Origin: Polyangiales bacterium
GTDB taxonomy: Bacteria > Myxococcota_A > Polyangia > Polyangiales > Ga0077539
Direction: 5' to 3'
NCBI GenBank assembly: GCA_044229975.1
Contig: JBGARZ010000022.1
Coordinates: forward strand, 64,001 to 128,000
Length of the DNA: 64,000 bases
The notes beneath the pieces were generated by a model. It had not been told where the DNA came from, ran no database searches, and saw only the letters and a list, made by a program, of their open reading frames with translations. The translations under genes were made by a program, and so were the position numbers. Positions 10,157 through 20,979 of the stretch are shown here, in pieces. Position 1 is the stretch's first letter. The number at the start of each line of letters is the position of its first letter.

Positions 10157-11494
10157 ATGAGCGACGAGAACACCCTGGTGAACCTGAGCGACTTCGGCTT
10201 CTCCCGGAGCCTCGTCCTCCACGAGCCGCAGTTGCGCTGGGTCGACGCCGCGGGCTCGCACAGCTACCTGCTCACGGGTCGCCGCATGATCGGCTCGGCG
10301 GAGGACTGCGACATCAGCGTGCGCGACGACGAGGTGTCGCGCCTCCACGCCTCCTTCGAGGTCACCTCCGACGGCGCGTGGGTGCGCGACCTCGGCAGCC
10401 GCAACGGAACCTTCGTCAACGGCGTGCGGGTGCGCGAGGCGCGGGTGCCCGACGGCGGGAGCGTGCACGTCGGCACGACCGACCTCTGGCTCTACTACAA
10501 CCAGAACACCCTCGAGCTCGACCTCTGGCCCTTCGAGCGCTTCGGCCCGCTGTGGGGGCGCAGCGTGCCGATGCGCGAGATGTTCGCGAAGCTCTACCGG
10601 GTCGCGTCGATGGACTCCACGGTGCTCGTGCTCGGCGAGACGGGCACCGGGAAGGAGCTCGTCGCGCGCGCGCTGCACGAGTCGTCGCCGCGCTCGGAGA
10701 AGCCCTTCGTGGTGGTCGACTGTGGCGCGCTCGCGGAGAGCCTCCTGGAGGTCGAGCTCTTCGGCAACGCGAAGGGCGCGTACACCGGGGCGATGGGCGC
10801 GCGCGCCGGGGCCATCGAGTCTGCGGACGGCGGCACGGTGTTCCTCGACGAGATCGGGGAGATGCCGCTCGCGATGCAGCCGAAGCTGCTGCGCGCGCTC
10901 GAAGGGCGCATGGTGCGGCGGGTCGGCGAGTCGCAGTACCGCAACGTCAACGTGCGCTTCATCGCCGCGACGCACCGCGACCTCGCGACGATGGTCAACG
11001 CGGGGACGTTTCGCGAAGACCTCTACTTCCGCCTCTCGGTCGTGCCCGTCACGGTGCCCCCGCTGCGCGAGCGCCTCGACGACATTCCCCTGCTCGTCGA
11101 CAAGCTGATGCCGACGGGCGCTCGCGCCCGCGACGTCGTGACGCCCGATCTCCTCCAGGAGCTGCGACATCGCTCGTGGGCGGGCAACGTTCGAGAGCTC
11201 CGCAATTTCGTCGAGCGGGCTCTCGCGCTCGGTGCGCGAGGCGCGCTGCATCTCGCCGGCGCGCGCGTCGACGACCACCATCCCTCCGTCGCGCCTCCGT
11301 CCGAGGGCGCGCTCCCGGCGGTGAGCGCCGACGAGCCCTTCAAGATCATCCGCGACCGGTGGCTCGACCACCTCGAGCGCGAATATTTGCGCTCGATGAT
11401 GGGGCGCCATAAGCGCGACACGAGCGCCATCGCACAGGCCTCGGGGCTCGACCGCAGCTACGTCTACCGCCTCATGCGCAAGCACGAACTCTGA
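10157..11494 (+). CDS. FHA-domain sigma54-dependent transcriptional activator (bEBP)
   Basis: FHA (VSRLHA, DLGSRNGT), Walker A GETGTGKE, GAYTGA loop, FLDEIGE, FREDLYFRL, C-terminal HTH. Confidence 0.93.
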   Translation: MSDENTLVNLSDFGFSRSLVLHEPQLRWVDAAGSHSYLLTGRRMIGSAEDCDISVRDDEVSRLHASFEVTSDGAWVRDLGSRNGTFVNGVRVREARVPDGGSVHVGTTDLWLYYNQNTLELDLWPFERFGPLWGRSVPMREMFAKLYRVASMDSTVLVLGETGTGKELVARALHESSPRSEKPFVVVDCGALAESLLEVELFGNAKGAYTGAMGARAGAIESADGGTVFLDEIGEMPLAMQPKLLRALEGRMVRRVGESQYRNVNVRFIAATHRDLATMVNAGTFREDLYFRLSVVPVTVPPLRERLDDIPLLVDKLMPTGARARDVVTPDLLQELRHRSWAGNVRELRNFVERALALGARGALHLAGARVDDHHPSVAPPSEGALPAVSADEPFKIIRDRWLDHLEREYLRSMMGRHKRDTSAIAQASGLDRSYVYRLMRKHEL

Positions 11495-11510
11495 GCATCG
11501 CGAGGGCCCC

Positions 11511-11540
11511 TTGACACCCTTCGATGGTGTCAGTCATAAA
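11511..11540 (+). promoter_or_regulatory. Putative sigma70 promoter of the str operon
   Basis: TTGACA-N18-CATAAA about 80 nt upstream of rpsL. Confidence 0.55.
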
Positions 11541-11620
11541 GCCGCCCCTCGCGACCGGTCCCCCGCGCATTGATGGACGGGACCTTTAGAACTCCAGCAA
11601 ACCGAAGAGTCACCCCACCG

Positions 11621-12019
<399 letters not shown>

Positions 12020-12022
12020 TCG

Positions 12023-12493
12023 ATGCCTCGTCGTGGAGAAGTACCGAAGCGCAAGAACGTCCCGGACCCCAAGTACAAGGACCGTCTGGTCGCCAAGCTC
12101 ACGAACACCGTGATGCTCAGCGGCGAGAAGTCCATCGCGGAGGGGATCGTCTACGGGGCCTTTGATTTGATCCAGGCGCGCCAGAAGGAGGACCCGTTGG
12201 AGGTCTTCCGCAAGGCCCTCGACAACATCAAGCCGAAGGTCGAAGTGAAGTCCCGCCGCGTGGGCGGTGCGACCTATCAGGTGCCCGTGGAAGTTCGGCC
12301 CGACCGTCGGGTCTCGCTTGCCATGCGCTGGATGGTGTCGTATTCGCGCAGCCGCGGCGAGAAGACCATGGCCGAGCGCCTGGCCAACGAGCTGGCCGAG
12401 GCCGCCCAGGGCCGCGGCAACGCGGTCAAGAAGAAGGAAGACACCCACAAGATGGCCGACGCCAACAAGGCGTTCGCCCACTACCGCTGGTGA
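12023..12493 (+). CDS. rpsG: 30S ribosomal protein S7
   Basis: [26 protein letters not shown]. Confidence 0.98.
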   Translation: MPRRGEVPKRKNVPDPKYKDRLVAKLTNTVMLSGEKSIAEGIVYGAFDLIQARQKEDPLEVFRKALDNIKPKVEVKSRRVGGATYQVPVEVRPDRRVSLAMRWMVSYSRSRGEKTMAERLANELAEAAQGRGNAVKKKEDTHKMADANKAFAHYRW

Positions 12494-12543
12494 GCATCGA
12501 CCCGAGCGCATGACGACGACGACATAAGACGACCGACGCCGCG

Positions 12544-12771
12544 CCACCCCACCGGGGTGGGTACAGAGCGGCTCCCCCGACGAGGGTGTGAGCCGCACGC
12601 GTGAGTAGCGCCAGTCGTGACCCTCCCGGGCCGTGAAGTATCCCTCCGAAGGTGAGGGAGAAAGGTCCCCGGGGGGGTTTCGTCTGTCCGGCGTTCGGTG
12701 TACTGGCCGCTCCCGCTCTCAGAGTTTCAAGGCTTCGTTTCCAAGACCTCAGCCGCCCGAAGTTGGGCGGC
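12544..12771 (+). ncRNA. Putative structured cis-regulatory RNA in the rpsG-fusA spacer
   Basis: Several nested complementary helices found by eye (see findings); no family recognised. Confidence 0.4.
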
Positions 12772-12792
12772 GCACCGACGGAGAAGACCACA

Positions 12793-14913
12793 GTGCCTCG
12801 CGACCTCCCGATCGAACGCTATCGCAACATCGGCATCATGGCCCACATCGACGCGGGCAAGACGACCGTGACCGAGCGAGTCCTGTTCTACACGGGCCGC
12901 ATTCACCGCACCGGTGAGGTTCACGAGGGCGGCGCCACGATGGACTGGATGGAGCAGGAGCAGGAGCGTGGCATCACGATCACCTCCGCCGCGACCACGG
13001 CCTTCTGGGTTCCCAGCATCGGCCCGGGCAAGGACATCAAGCACCGCGTCAACATCATCGACACCCCCGGACACGTGGACTTCACCATCGAGGTGGAGCG
13101 CTCGCTCCGCGTGCTCGACGGCGCGGTCGCGGTGTTCGATGGCGGCAACGGTGTCGAGCCGCAGTCGGAGACGGTCTGGCGCCAGGCCGACCGCTACAAG
13201 GTCCCCCGCATCGCGTTCATGAACAAGATGGACAAGATCGGCGCCGACTTCCAGATGTGCGTCGAGTCGATGCGCGAGCGCCTCGGCACCAACCCGGTGC
13301 CGATCCAGCTCCCGCTCGGCGAGGAAGAGAAGCACCGCGGCGTCATCGACCTCATCCGCATGAAGGCCATCGTGTTCGACGAGGCCTCCAAGGGTCAGAA
13401 GTTCTCCGTCGAAGAGATCCCGGCGGACTTCAAGGACGCGGCCGACACCGCCCGTCAGCAGCTCATCGAGTCCATCGCCGACGTCGATGACGCGGTGGGC
13501 GAGAAGTTCCTCGCGGACGACGTCGCGTCCATCACCGAGGCCGAGATCCACGCGGCCCTCCGCGCGGGCACCATCTCCTTCAAGCTCGTCCCGGTGTGCT
13601 GCGGCTCGGCCTTCAAGAACAAGGGCGTGCAGCAGCTCCTCGACGCGGTGGTGACCTACCTCCCGTCGCCCATCGACGTGCCGGCCCGCATCGGCAAGCA
13701 CCCCGACAAGCCCGACGTGGAGGTCATCCGCAAGGCCGAGGACAGCGCTCCCTTCAGCGCGCTCGCCTTCAAGCTCATGAACGACAAGTTCGTGGGCAAC
13801 CTGACCTTCATCCGCGTGTACTCGGGTCAGCTCGACTCGGGCACCAGCGTGCTCAACACCACCCGCGGCAAGAACGAGCGCGTGGGCCGTCTGCTCCTCA
13901 TGCACGCCAACGAGCGTGAGGACATCAAGGACGTGTTCGCGGGCGTCATCGCGGCGGCCGTGGGCTTCCGCGACACCCGCACGGGCGACACGCTCTGCGA
14001 CGAGAAGAACCCGGTCGTGCTGGAGAGCATGAAGTTCCCGGACCCGGTCATCTCGATCGCCATCGAGCCGAAGACCAAGAGCGACCAGGACAAGATGGGC
14101 GTCGGGCTCCAGAAGCTCGCGTTCGAAGACCCGTCGTTCCGCATGAACACCGACGAGGAGAGCGGCCAGACGCTCATCCACGGCATGGGCGAGCTCCACC
14201 TGGAGATCATCGTCGACCGCCTGAAGCGCGAGTTCAAGGTCGAGGCCAACACGGGCAAGCCCGAGGTCGCCTACCGCGAGTCCGTGAAGCGCAAGGCCGA
14301 GGGCGAGTGCAAGTACGCCAAGCAGTCGGGCGGTCGCGGCCAGTACGGCCACGTCGTGCTCGACCTCGAGCCCGGCGAGCGCGGCACCGGCTTCATCTTC
14401 GAGGACGACATCAAGGGCGGCGTCATCCCCCGCGAGTTCATCCCCGCGGTGGAGAAGGGCGCCCGCGAGGCGCTCCAGCGCGGCGTGCTGGCGGGTTACC
14501 CCGTCATCGACACCAAGGTGCGGCTGTTCTTCGGCAGCTACCACGACGTCGACTCCAGCGCGCAGGCCTTCGAGATCGCGGCCTCCATGGCCGTGCAGGA
14601 CGCCTGCAAGAAGGCCGGCATCTCGATCCTGGAGCCGATCATGGCCGTCGAGGTCGTGACGCCCGACCAGTTCATGGGCGAGGTCATCGGCGATCTCAAC
14701 TCCCGCCGCGGCCAGATCAAGGGCATGAACGCGCGCGGCAAGAACGCGCAGGCCGTCGAAGGCACCGTGCCGCTCGCGAACATGTTCGGCTACGTCACCG
14801 ACCTCCGCAGCAAGACCCAGGGCCGCGCGGTCTCGACGATGCAGTTCTCGCACTACGAGCCTGTGCCCAACGTGGTGCAGGAAGAGATCGTGGCGAAGAG
14901 CCGCGGCAAGTAA
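12793..14913 (+). CDS. fusA: Elongation factor G
   Basis: [41 protein letters not shown] start after GGAG. Confidence 0.98.
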   Translation: MPRDLPIERYRNIGIMAHIDAGKTTVTERVLFYTGRIHRTGEVHEGGATMDWMEQEQERGITITSAATTAFWVPSIGPGKDIKHRVNIIDTPGHVDFTIEVERSLRVLDGAVAVFDGGNGVEPQSETVWRQADRYKVPRIAFMNKMDKIGADFQMCVESMRERLGTNPVPIQLPLGEEEKHRGVIDLIRMKAIVFDEASKGQKFSVEEIPADFKDAADTARQQLIESIADVDDAVGEKFLADDVASITEAEIHAALRAGTISFKLVPVCCGSAFKNKGVQQLLDAVVTYLPSPIDVPARIGKHPDKPDVEVIRKAEDSAPFSALAFKLMNDKFVGNLTFIRVYSGQLDSGTSVLNTTRGKNERVGRLLLMHANEREDIKDVFAGVIAAAVGFRDTRTGDTLCDEKNPVVLESMKFPDPVISIAIEPKTKSDQDKMGVGLQKLAFEDPSFRMNTDEESGQTLIHGMGELHLEIIVDRLKREFKVEANTGKPEVAYRESVKRKAEGECKYAKQSGGRGQYGHVVLDLEPGERGTGFIFEDDIKGGVIPREFIPAVEKGAREALQRGVLAGYPVIDTKVRLFFGSYHDVDSSAQAFEIAASMAVQDACKKAGISILEPIMAVEVVTPDQFMGEVIGDLNSRRGQIKGMNARGKNAQAVEGTVPLANMFGYVTDLRSKTQGRAVSTMQFSHYEPVPNVVQEEIVAKSRGK

Positions 14914-14966
14914 TCACAAGAGTTTCAAGACAACCCACAACGAAGAACGAAAGAGAGTAGAGAGAA

Positions 14967-16163
<1,197 letters not shown>

Positions 16164-16274
16164 GATGACCGGGGCGCTCGTCGCCCCCGTCCGGGACTCT
16201 TCGTACATCGAAGAGCGCCGGTCGGGGGTGGCGGGATCCCCAGTCGACTGAAGTTACCTTTAAGGAAACCCGAA

Positions 16275-16583
16275 ATGGCGACCACCAAGATCCGAATCCG
16301 CCTCAAGGCGTTCGACCACAAGCTCCTCGACCAGGCGGCGAGCGAGATCGTGGAGACGGCGCGGGGCACCGGCGCCCGCGTGGCGGGGCCCATCCCCCTG
16401 CCCACGAAGATCAACCGTTATACCGTGCTGCGCGGGCCGCACGTCGACAAGAAGTCCCGGGAGCAGTTCGAGATCCGCACGCACAAGCGGCTCCTCGACA
16501 TCCTGGAGCCCACCCAGCAGACCCTGGACGCGCTGATGAAGCTCGACCTGTCGGCCGGCGTGGACGTTGAAATCAAGAGCTGA
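16275..16583 (+). CDS. rpsJ: 30S ribosomal protein S10
   Basis: [28 protein letters not shown]. Confidence 0.98.
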   Translation: MATTKIRIRLKAFDHKLLDQAASEIVETARGTGARVAGPIPLPTKINRYTVLRGPHVDKKSREQFEIRTHKRLLDILEPTQQTLDALMKLDLSAGVDVEIKS

Positions 16584-16593
16584 GGGCACCGCC

Positions 16594-17223
16594 ATGGCAA
16601 AGCTGACGGTAGTCAATATCAAGGGCGAGCAGACCGGTGAGATCGACCTCTCGGATGAGGTCTTCGGGATCACCGAAATCAACCAGGATCTCTTCTACGA
16701 GATCGTGAAGGCGCAGCTCGCATCGCGGCGCGCCGGCACGCACTCGACCAAGGGCCGCGCCGAGGTCGCGGGCTCCAAGAAGAAGCTCTACAAGCAGAAG
16801 GGCACGGGCAACGCGCGCCACGGCAACATCCGGGCGCCCATCTTCGCGAAGGGCGGCAAGGTCCACACGCCGAAGCCGCGCGACTACTCCTACCGGCCGC
16901 CGGCGAAGATGCGCGCGGGTGCCCTCCGGCACGCGCTCTCGCTCTTCGTGAAGGAGGGGCGCATCGTGGTCCTCGACGGGTTCGCCGTCGACGCCGTGAA
17001 GACCAAGTCCGTGGCCCAGGCGCTCACCTCGGTGAAGGCCCAGGGCGCCTCGGTCGTGGTCGACGCTGCCACCAACGAGAACCTCCGCCTGTCCACGCGC
17101 AACCTCGACCGCGCGACCTTCCTCCCGCCGGAGGGCGTCAACGTGTACGACCTGCTCCGGCACGACACCCTGATCCTGACCCAGGACGCCGCGCGCGCCT
17201 TGGAGAAGCGCCTGAGCGCGTAG
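16594..17223 (+). CDS. rplD: 50S ribosomal protein L4
   Basis: [33 protein letters not shown]. Confidence 0.97.
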   Translation: MAKLTVVNIKGEQTGEIDLSDEVFGITEINQDLFYEIVKAQLASRRAGTHSTKGRAEVAGSKKKLYKQKGTGNARHGNIRAPIFAKGGKVHTPKPRDYSYRPPAKMRAGALRHALSLFVKEGRIVVLDGFAVDAVKTKSVAQALTSVKAQGASVVVDAATNENLRLSTRNLDRATFLPPEGVNVYDLLRHDTLILTQDAARALEKRLSA

Positions 17224-17236
17224 GACGAGCAGAGCG

Positions 17237-17536
17237 ATGAACACCAACATCCCCCAGATCCTCCGGCGCCCGCTGACCCTCACCGAGAAGGGTGCGACGC
17301 TGAAGGCCGAGCTCAACAAGGTCATGTTCGAGGTCGCCCGCGACGCGAGCAAGACGCAGATCCGCGCCGCCATCGAAGGCGCCTTTTCGGTCAAGGTCAT
17401 CGACGTCCGCACGATGATCGTCCGCGGCAAGATGAAGCGGATGGGTCGCGGTTACGCGAAGACGCAGAACTGGAAGAAGGCGATCGTGACGCTCCGTGAG
17501 GGCGACACCATCGAAGTCTTCGAGAACCAGGCGTAG
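17237..17536 (+). CDS. rplW: 50S ribosomal protein L23
   Basis: [27 protein letters not shown]. Confidence 0.96.
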   Translation: MNTNIPQILRRPLTLTEKGATLKAELNKVMFEVARDASKTQIRAAIEGAFSVKVIDVRTMIVRGKMKRMGRGYAKTQNWKKAIVTLREGDTIEVFENQA

Positions 17537-17550
17537 GTCAGGATAGAGCC

Positions 17551-18381
17551 ATGGCGATCAAGTCCTTCAAGCCCAACACCCCGTCGCAGCGCTACATGAC
17601 GGTCTCCACGTTCGAGGGAATCTCGGACAAGAGGCCGGAGAAGTCGCTCACGGAGCACCAGACCTCCACCGGCGGCCGCAACAACGCGGGCCGCATCACG
17701 TCGCGCTTCCGCGGCGGCGGTCACAAGCAGCGCTACCGCATCATCGACTGGAAGCGTAACCGTATCGGCATCCCCGCCACGGTCGCCGCCATCGAGTACG
17801 ACCCCAACCGCACCGCGCGCATCGCGCTCCTCCACTACGTGGACGGCGTGAAGGCGTACATCCTCGCCGCCGACGGCCTCAAGGCCGGCGACAGCGTGGT
17901 GTCCTCGCGCAACGCGGACATCAAGCCGGGCAACGCCCTGCCGCTGCGGTTCATCCCGCTCGGCACGGTGATCCACAACGTGGAGCTCAAGGTCGGCAAG
18001 GGCGCGCAGCTCGTCCGCTCGGCGGGCGTCGCGGCGCAGCTCGTGGCCAAGGAGAACGAGTGGGCCCAGGTGCGGTTGCCTTCGGGCGAGATCCGCAAGG
18101 TCCACCTCGACTGCCGCGCCACCATCGGCCAGGTGAGCAACCCCGACCACGCGAACATCACCATCGGCAAGGCTGGTCGTTCGCGCTGGCTCGGCAAGCG
18201 CCCGCACAACCGCGGCGTGACCATGAACCCCGTCGATCACCCCATGGGCGGTGGCGAGGGTCGTACCTCCGGCGGCCGTCAGCCGTGCTCACCCTGGGGC
18301 CAGCTCTCGAAGGGCCTCAAGACGCGTCACAACAAGCGCACGGATTCCATGATCATCAAGCGCCGCGGCGCGAAGGGTTGA
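17551..18381 (+). CDS. rplB: 50S ribosomal protein L2
   Basis: [38 protein letters not shown]. Confidence 0.98.
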   Translation: MAIKSFKPNTPSQRYMTVSTFEGISDKRPEKSLTEHQTSTGGRNNAGRITSRFRGGGHKQRYRIIDWKRNRIGIPATVAAIEYDPNRTARIALLHYVDGVKAYILAADGLKAGDSVVSSRNADIKPGNALPLRFIPLGTVIHNVELKVGKGAQLVRSAGVAAQLVAKENEWAQVRLPSGEIRKVHLDCRATIGQVSNPDHANITIGKAGRSRWLGKRPHNRGVTMNPVDHPMGGGEGRTSGGRQPCSPWGQLSKGLKTRHNKRTDSMIIKRRGAKG

Positions 18382-18385
18382 GCTC

Positions 18386-18688
18386 ATGCCTCGTTCACTG
18401 AAGAAGGGTCCGTTCATCGATGTGCACCTGCTCGACAAGGTGCTCAAGGCCGCCGAGGAGAAGTCGAAGCGCGTGATCAAGACCTGGTCGCGGCGGAGCA
18501 CCATCCTCCCCGAGGCCGTCGGTCTGACCGTGTCGGTGCACAACGGGCGGAAGTTCGTCCCGGTGTTCGTCACCGAGAACATGGTGGGTCACAAGTTCGG
18601 CGAGTTCGCCCCGACGCGCACGTTTCACGGGCACTCGGGCGACCGCAAGGGCAAGGCCCCCGCTGGCAAGGGCACCGGGAAGAAGTAA
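18386..18688 (+). CDS. rpsS: 30S ribosomal protein S19
   Basis: [29 protein letters not shown]. Confidence 0.98.
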   Translation: MPRSLKKGPFIDVHLLDKVLKAAEEKSKRVIKTWSRRSTILPEAVGLTVSVHNGRKFVPVFVTENMVGHKFGEFAPTRTFHGHSGDRKGKAPAGKGTGKK

Positions 18689-18700
18689 GGGGACACCCAG

Positions 18701-18988
18701 ATGACGACCTCCAATCCGATCACCCCGGTGGTCACCGCCACCCCGACCAGCACGGCGATCAACCCCGGCGACGCCGTGGTCTGCAAGCCCCTCGAAGTCA
18801 CCGTCGGCGACAAGGGCATCGAGCGCGCGATCAAGAACCTCAAGCGCAAGATGGCCGCCGAGGGCGTTCTTCGCGAGCTGAAGCGCCGCCGCCACTACAT
18901 GAAGCCCTCCATCAAGAAGCGGAAGAAGGCCTCCGAGGCCGCTCGCCGCCGCCGGAAGCGCACGCGCACCGAAGGCGTCGGTCCCTGA
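18701..18988 (+). CDS. rpsU: 30S ribosomal protein S21 with N-terminal extension
   Basis: IERAIKNLKRK...GVLRELKRRRHYMKPS.KKRKK..A.RR S21 pattern. Confidence 0.9.
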   Translation: MTTSNPITPVVTATPTSTAINPGDAVVCKPLEVTVGDKGIERAIKNLKRKMAAEGVLRELKRRRHYMKPSIKKRKKASEAARRRRKRTRTEGVGP

Positions 18989-19125
18989 CGAAGGTCGTCC
19001 CAGCCCTGCTGCGCACCCGGATGCAGCGGTCGGCCGCGCTCGAAATACGCAAGTATGTCTCGCGCGGCCTCCCTCGCCTCCGGGCGCTCGCGACGGGCTG
19101 AAACGACCTTCTCCCGCCTCTCTCG

Positions 19126-19923
19126 CTACACCCTGATCATCGCCAACACCCCCAGGTGATCGCTGGCCCAGACGTCGCCCTCCGGCGCGTCGAAGGCCAG
19201 CGAGCAGCGCAGGGGCACGCCCTCGAAGCGCTCGTTGGGCCCGCGCACGAACACGTAGTCGATGCGCCGGTCGGGCTCGTGGCCGTCGCTCGCGTAGGGG
19301 TTGCGCCGCACGAAGGTCGCGCCTGATCCGCCATCGCCCGCGGCCGCCCAGCAATCGCAGAAGTACACGCACTCGCCGCCGAAGCCCGTGAGCCCTCGGA
19401 GGTAACGCACCTCGTCGGAGTCGGGCTCGGCGTTGAAGTCGCCCGCGAGCACCGCCGGGAGCTCTCCCTCGTCGACCATCGCGTCCATGAAGGCCACCAG
19501 CTCGCGCACCTGCTGCACCCGCACGTGGCCGTGGTGGAGCTTCCAGTTGAGGTGCGTGCTGAACACCGGCAACGTGCCGAAGGGCGTCGCGATGGCGGCG
19601 AAGGTGACCACGCGGTTCTCGTCGGTTCCGCCGCGAGGGAGCGGGCGAGCGACGGTACGGACGATGGGCCAGCGGGAGAGCACCGCGTTGCCGAAGGGGT
19701 AGTGGTCGTCGCCGTCAGACCCGAACGCGACGTGGTAGCCGGTGCCCTCGGCGATCATCGCGGCCTGATCGAAGTCGGGCAGCGAGAGCACCTCCTGCAA
19801 ACAGATGACGTCGGGCTGCATCGCGGCGATGCCCTCGCGAATCACCCGGAGGCGCTCGTCCCAGGGGCCACCCCGGTTCCAGATGTTGAGGGTGAGGACC
19901 TGGAACGTGCGCGGCGACGTCAT
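19126..19923 (-). CDS. Endonuclease/exonuclease/phosphatase family protein
   Basis: LTLNIW, PDVICLQEV, STHL, AGDFN, RIDYVF and SDH motifs. Confidence 0.9.
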   Translation of the reverse strand: MTSPRTFQVLTLNIWNRGGPWDERLRVIREGIAAMQPDVICLQEVLSLPDFDQAAMIAEGTGYHVAFGSDGDDHYPFGNAVLSRWPIVRTVARPLPRGGTDENRVVTFAAIATPFGTLPVFSTHLNWKLHHGHVRVQQVRELVAFMDAMVDEGELPAVLAGDFNAEPDSDEVRYLRGLTGFGGECVYFCDCWAAAGDGGSGATFVRRNPYASDGHEPDRRIDYVFVRGPNERFEGVPLRCSLAFDAPEGDVWASDHLGVLAMIRV

Positions 19924-20912
19924 CGGCGAAAGGCCACCGCCAGGAAGCCGCCGAACTGCATGTCGGTCGCGCCGGTGAGCTGATAGCGGTCCGTGCGCTC
20001 GGGGTTGAAGCTGTGGAAGTACGAGCGGAACTCCCCGGCCGCGCGGATCTCGACGCCTGCCGCGAGCGCGATGGCGATGCCCCCGACCACGTCCACGCCC
20101 GACGTACTCACGTGAGGAAAGACCTCGCCGAGCTGTCCGGTGTCGAGCACCGCGAGGTAGGCCGCGTCGAGGGAGAGCGCCACGCGATGGGAGAGCGCCC
20201 AGCGCGATGCGATGCCCGCCTGGAGCGACTGGTACGTGAGGTCGGGCGCGCCGCTGACGGGCACATCGCCTTCGCCACGCACGGCGAACTCCTGGCGGCG
20301 ATAGGCGACCACCAACGCGAGCTCGTGACGTTCGGTCTCGAAGGGCGCGCGCACCTTGAGGCCCGCGAGCAGCGACCACGCGGAGGTGTCGTAGTTGCGG
20401 CCGCGCGCGTCGACGGTGCTGAGCCCGACGGCGGTGTCGAAGTGGACGACCGCGCCGATGAGGCGGCCCGCGCGAGCGCTGGTGAGCGCGCCGGGAAAGA
20501 ACTCGCCCGCGACGCGGAGGGACGGCGCCGCGGAGAGGTCGTAGGGGCGAAGCGCCTGCGTGGTGTCGTTGTCCCAGCTCAGCGAGCGAGAGAACACCCG
20601 ACCGCCGACCGCGAGGTCGAGGCCGGGGTAGCGCCACTCGGGCTCAGGCTCCGCCACAGGAGGCGGCGTGGCGATGGCGCGCGTGGCTTCGGGAGGCGGA
20701 GTGTTGGCGGCGGGGAGCGGGACAGCGTGGGCGATGGCGCTCTCGTCATCGACGACCTGGGGCGGAGGCGGAGGCGGAGTGCGTGGGGGACGTCGCGGCG
20801 GGCGTCGCACCGGTCGACGGTTTTGCGCAAGGGTCTGGGCATGAGCGGGGCCCGCAGTGGTCAAGCCGAGGAGCCCGAGGGAGATGGCGAGCGCGAGGAT
20901 GCGGGGACGCAT
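19920..20912 (-). CDS. Exported protein, probable outer-membrane beta-barrel with Pro-rich linker
   Basis: Signal peptide (AHA), Pro-rich linker, alternating beta-strand pattern. Confidence 0.6.
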   Translation of the reverse strand: MRPRILALAISLGLLGLTTAGPAHAQTLAQNRRPVRRPPRRPPRTPPPPPPQVVDDESAIAHAVPLPAANTPPPEATRAIATPPPVAEPEPEWRYPGLDLAVGGRVFSRSLSWDNDTTQALRPYDLSAAPSLRVAGEFFPGALTSARAGRLIGAVVHFDTAVGLSTVDARGRNYDTSAWSLLAGLKVRAPFETERHELALVVAYRRQEFAVRGEGDVPVSGAPDLTYQSLQAGIASRWALSHRVALSLDAAYLAVLDTGQLGEVFPHVSTSGVDVVGGIAIALAAGVEIRAAGEFRSYFHSFNPERTDRYQLTGATDMQFGGFLAVAFRR

Positions 20913-20919
20913 GCGCGGG

Positions 20920-20970
20920 AAGGTACACCAACTCTCCGCGCGCCGACCTCCGTGGGAGTTGGTGTACCTT
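20920..20970. repeat. Perfect 15-bp inverted repeat in a divergent intergenic region
   Basis: AAGGTACACCAACTC (20920-20934) and GAGTTGGTGTACCTT (20956-20970). Confidence 0.9.
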
Positions 20971-20979
20971 GCGGCCGGT

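Noticed and set aside
12631..12670. Hammerhead ribozyme (GTGAAGTA-stem-GAAA)
   Set aside because: Lacks the CUGANGA core and a properly placed stem III/cleavage triplet
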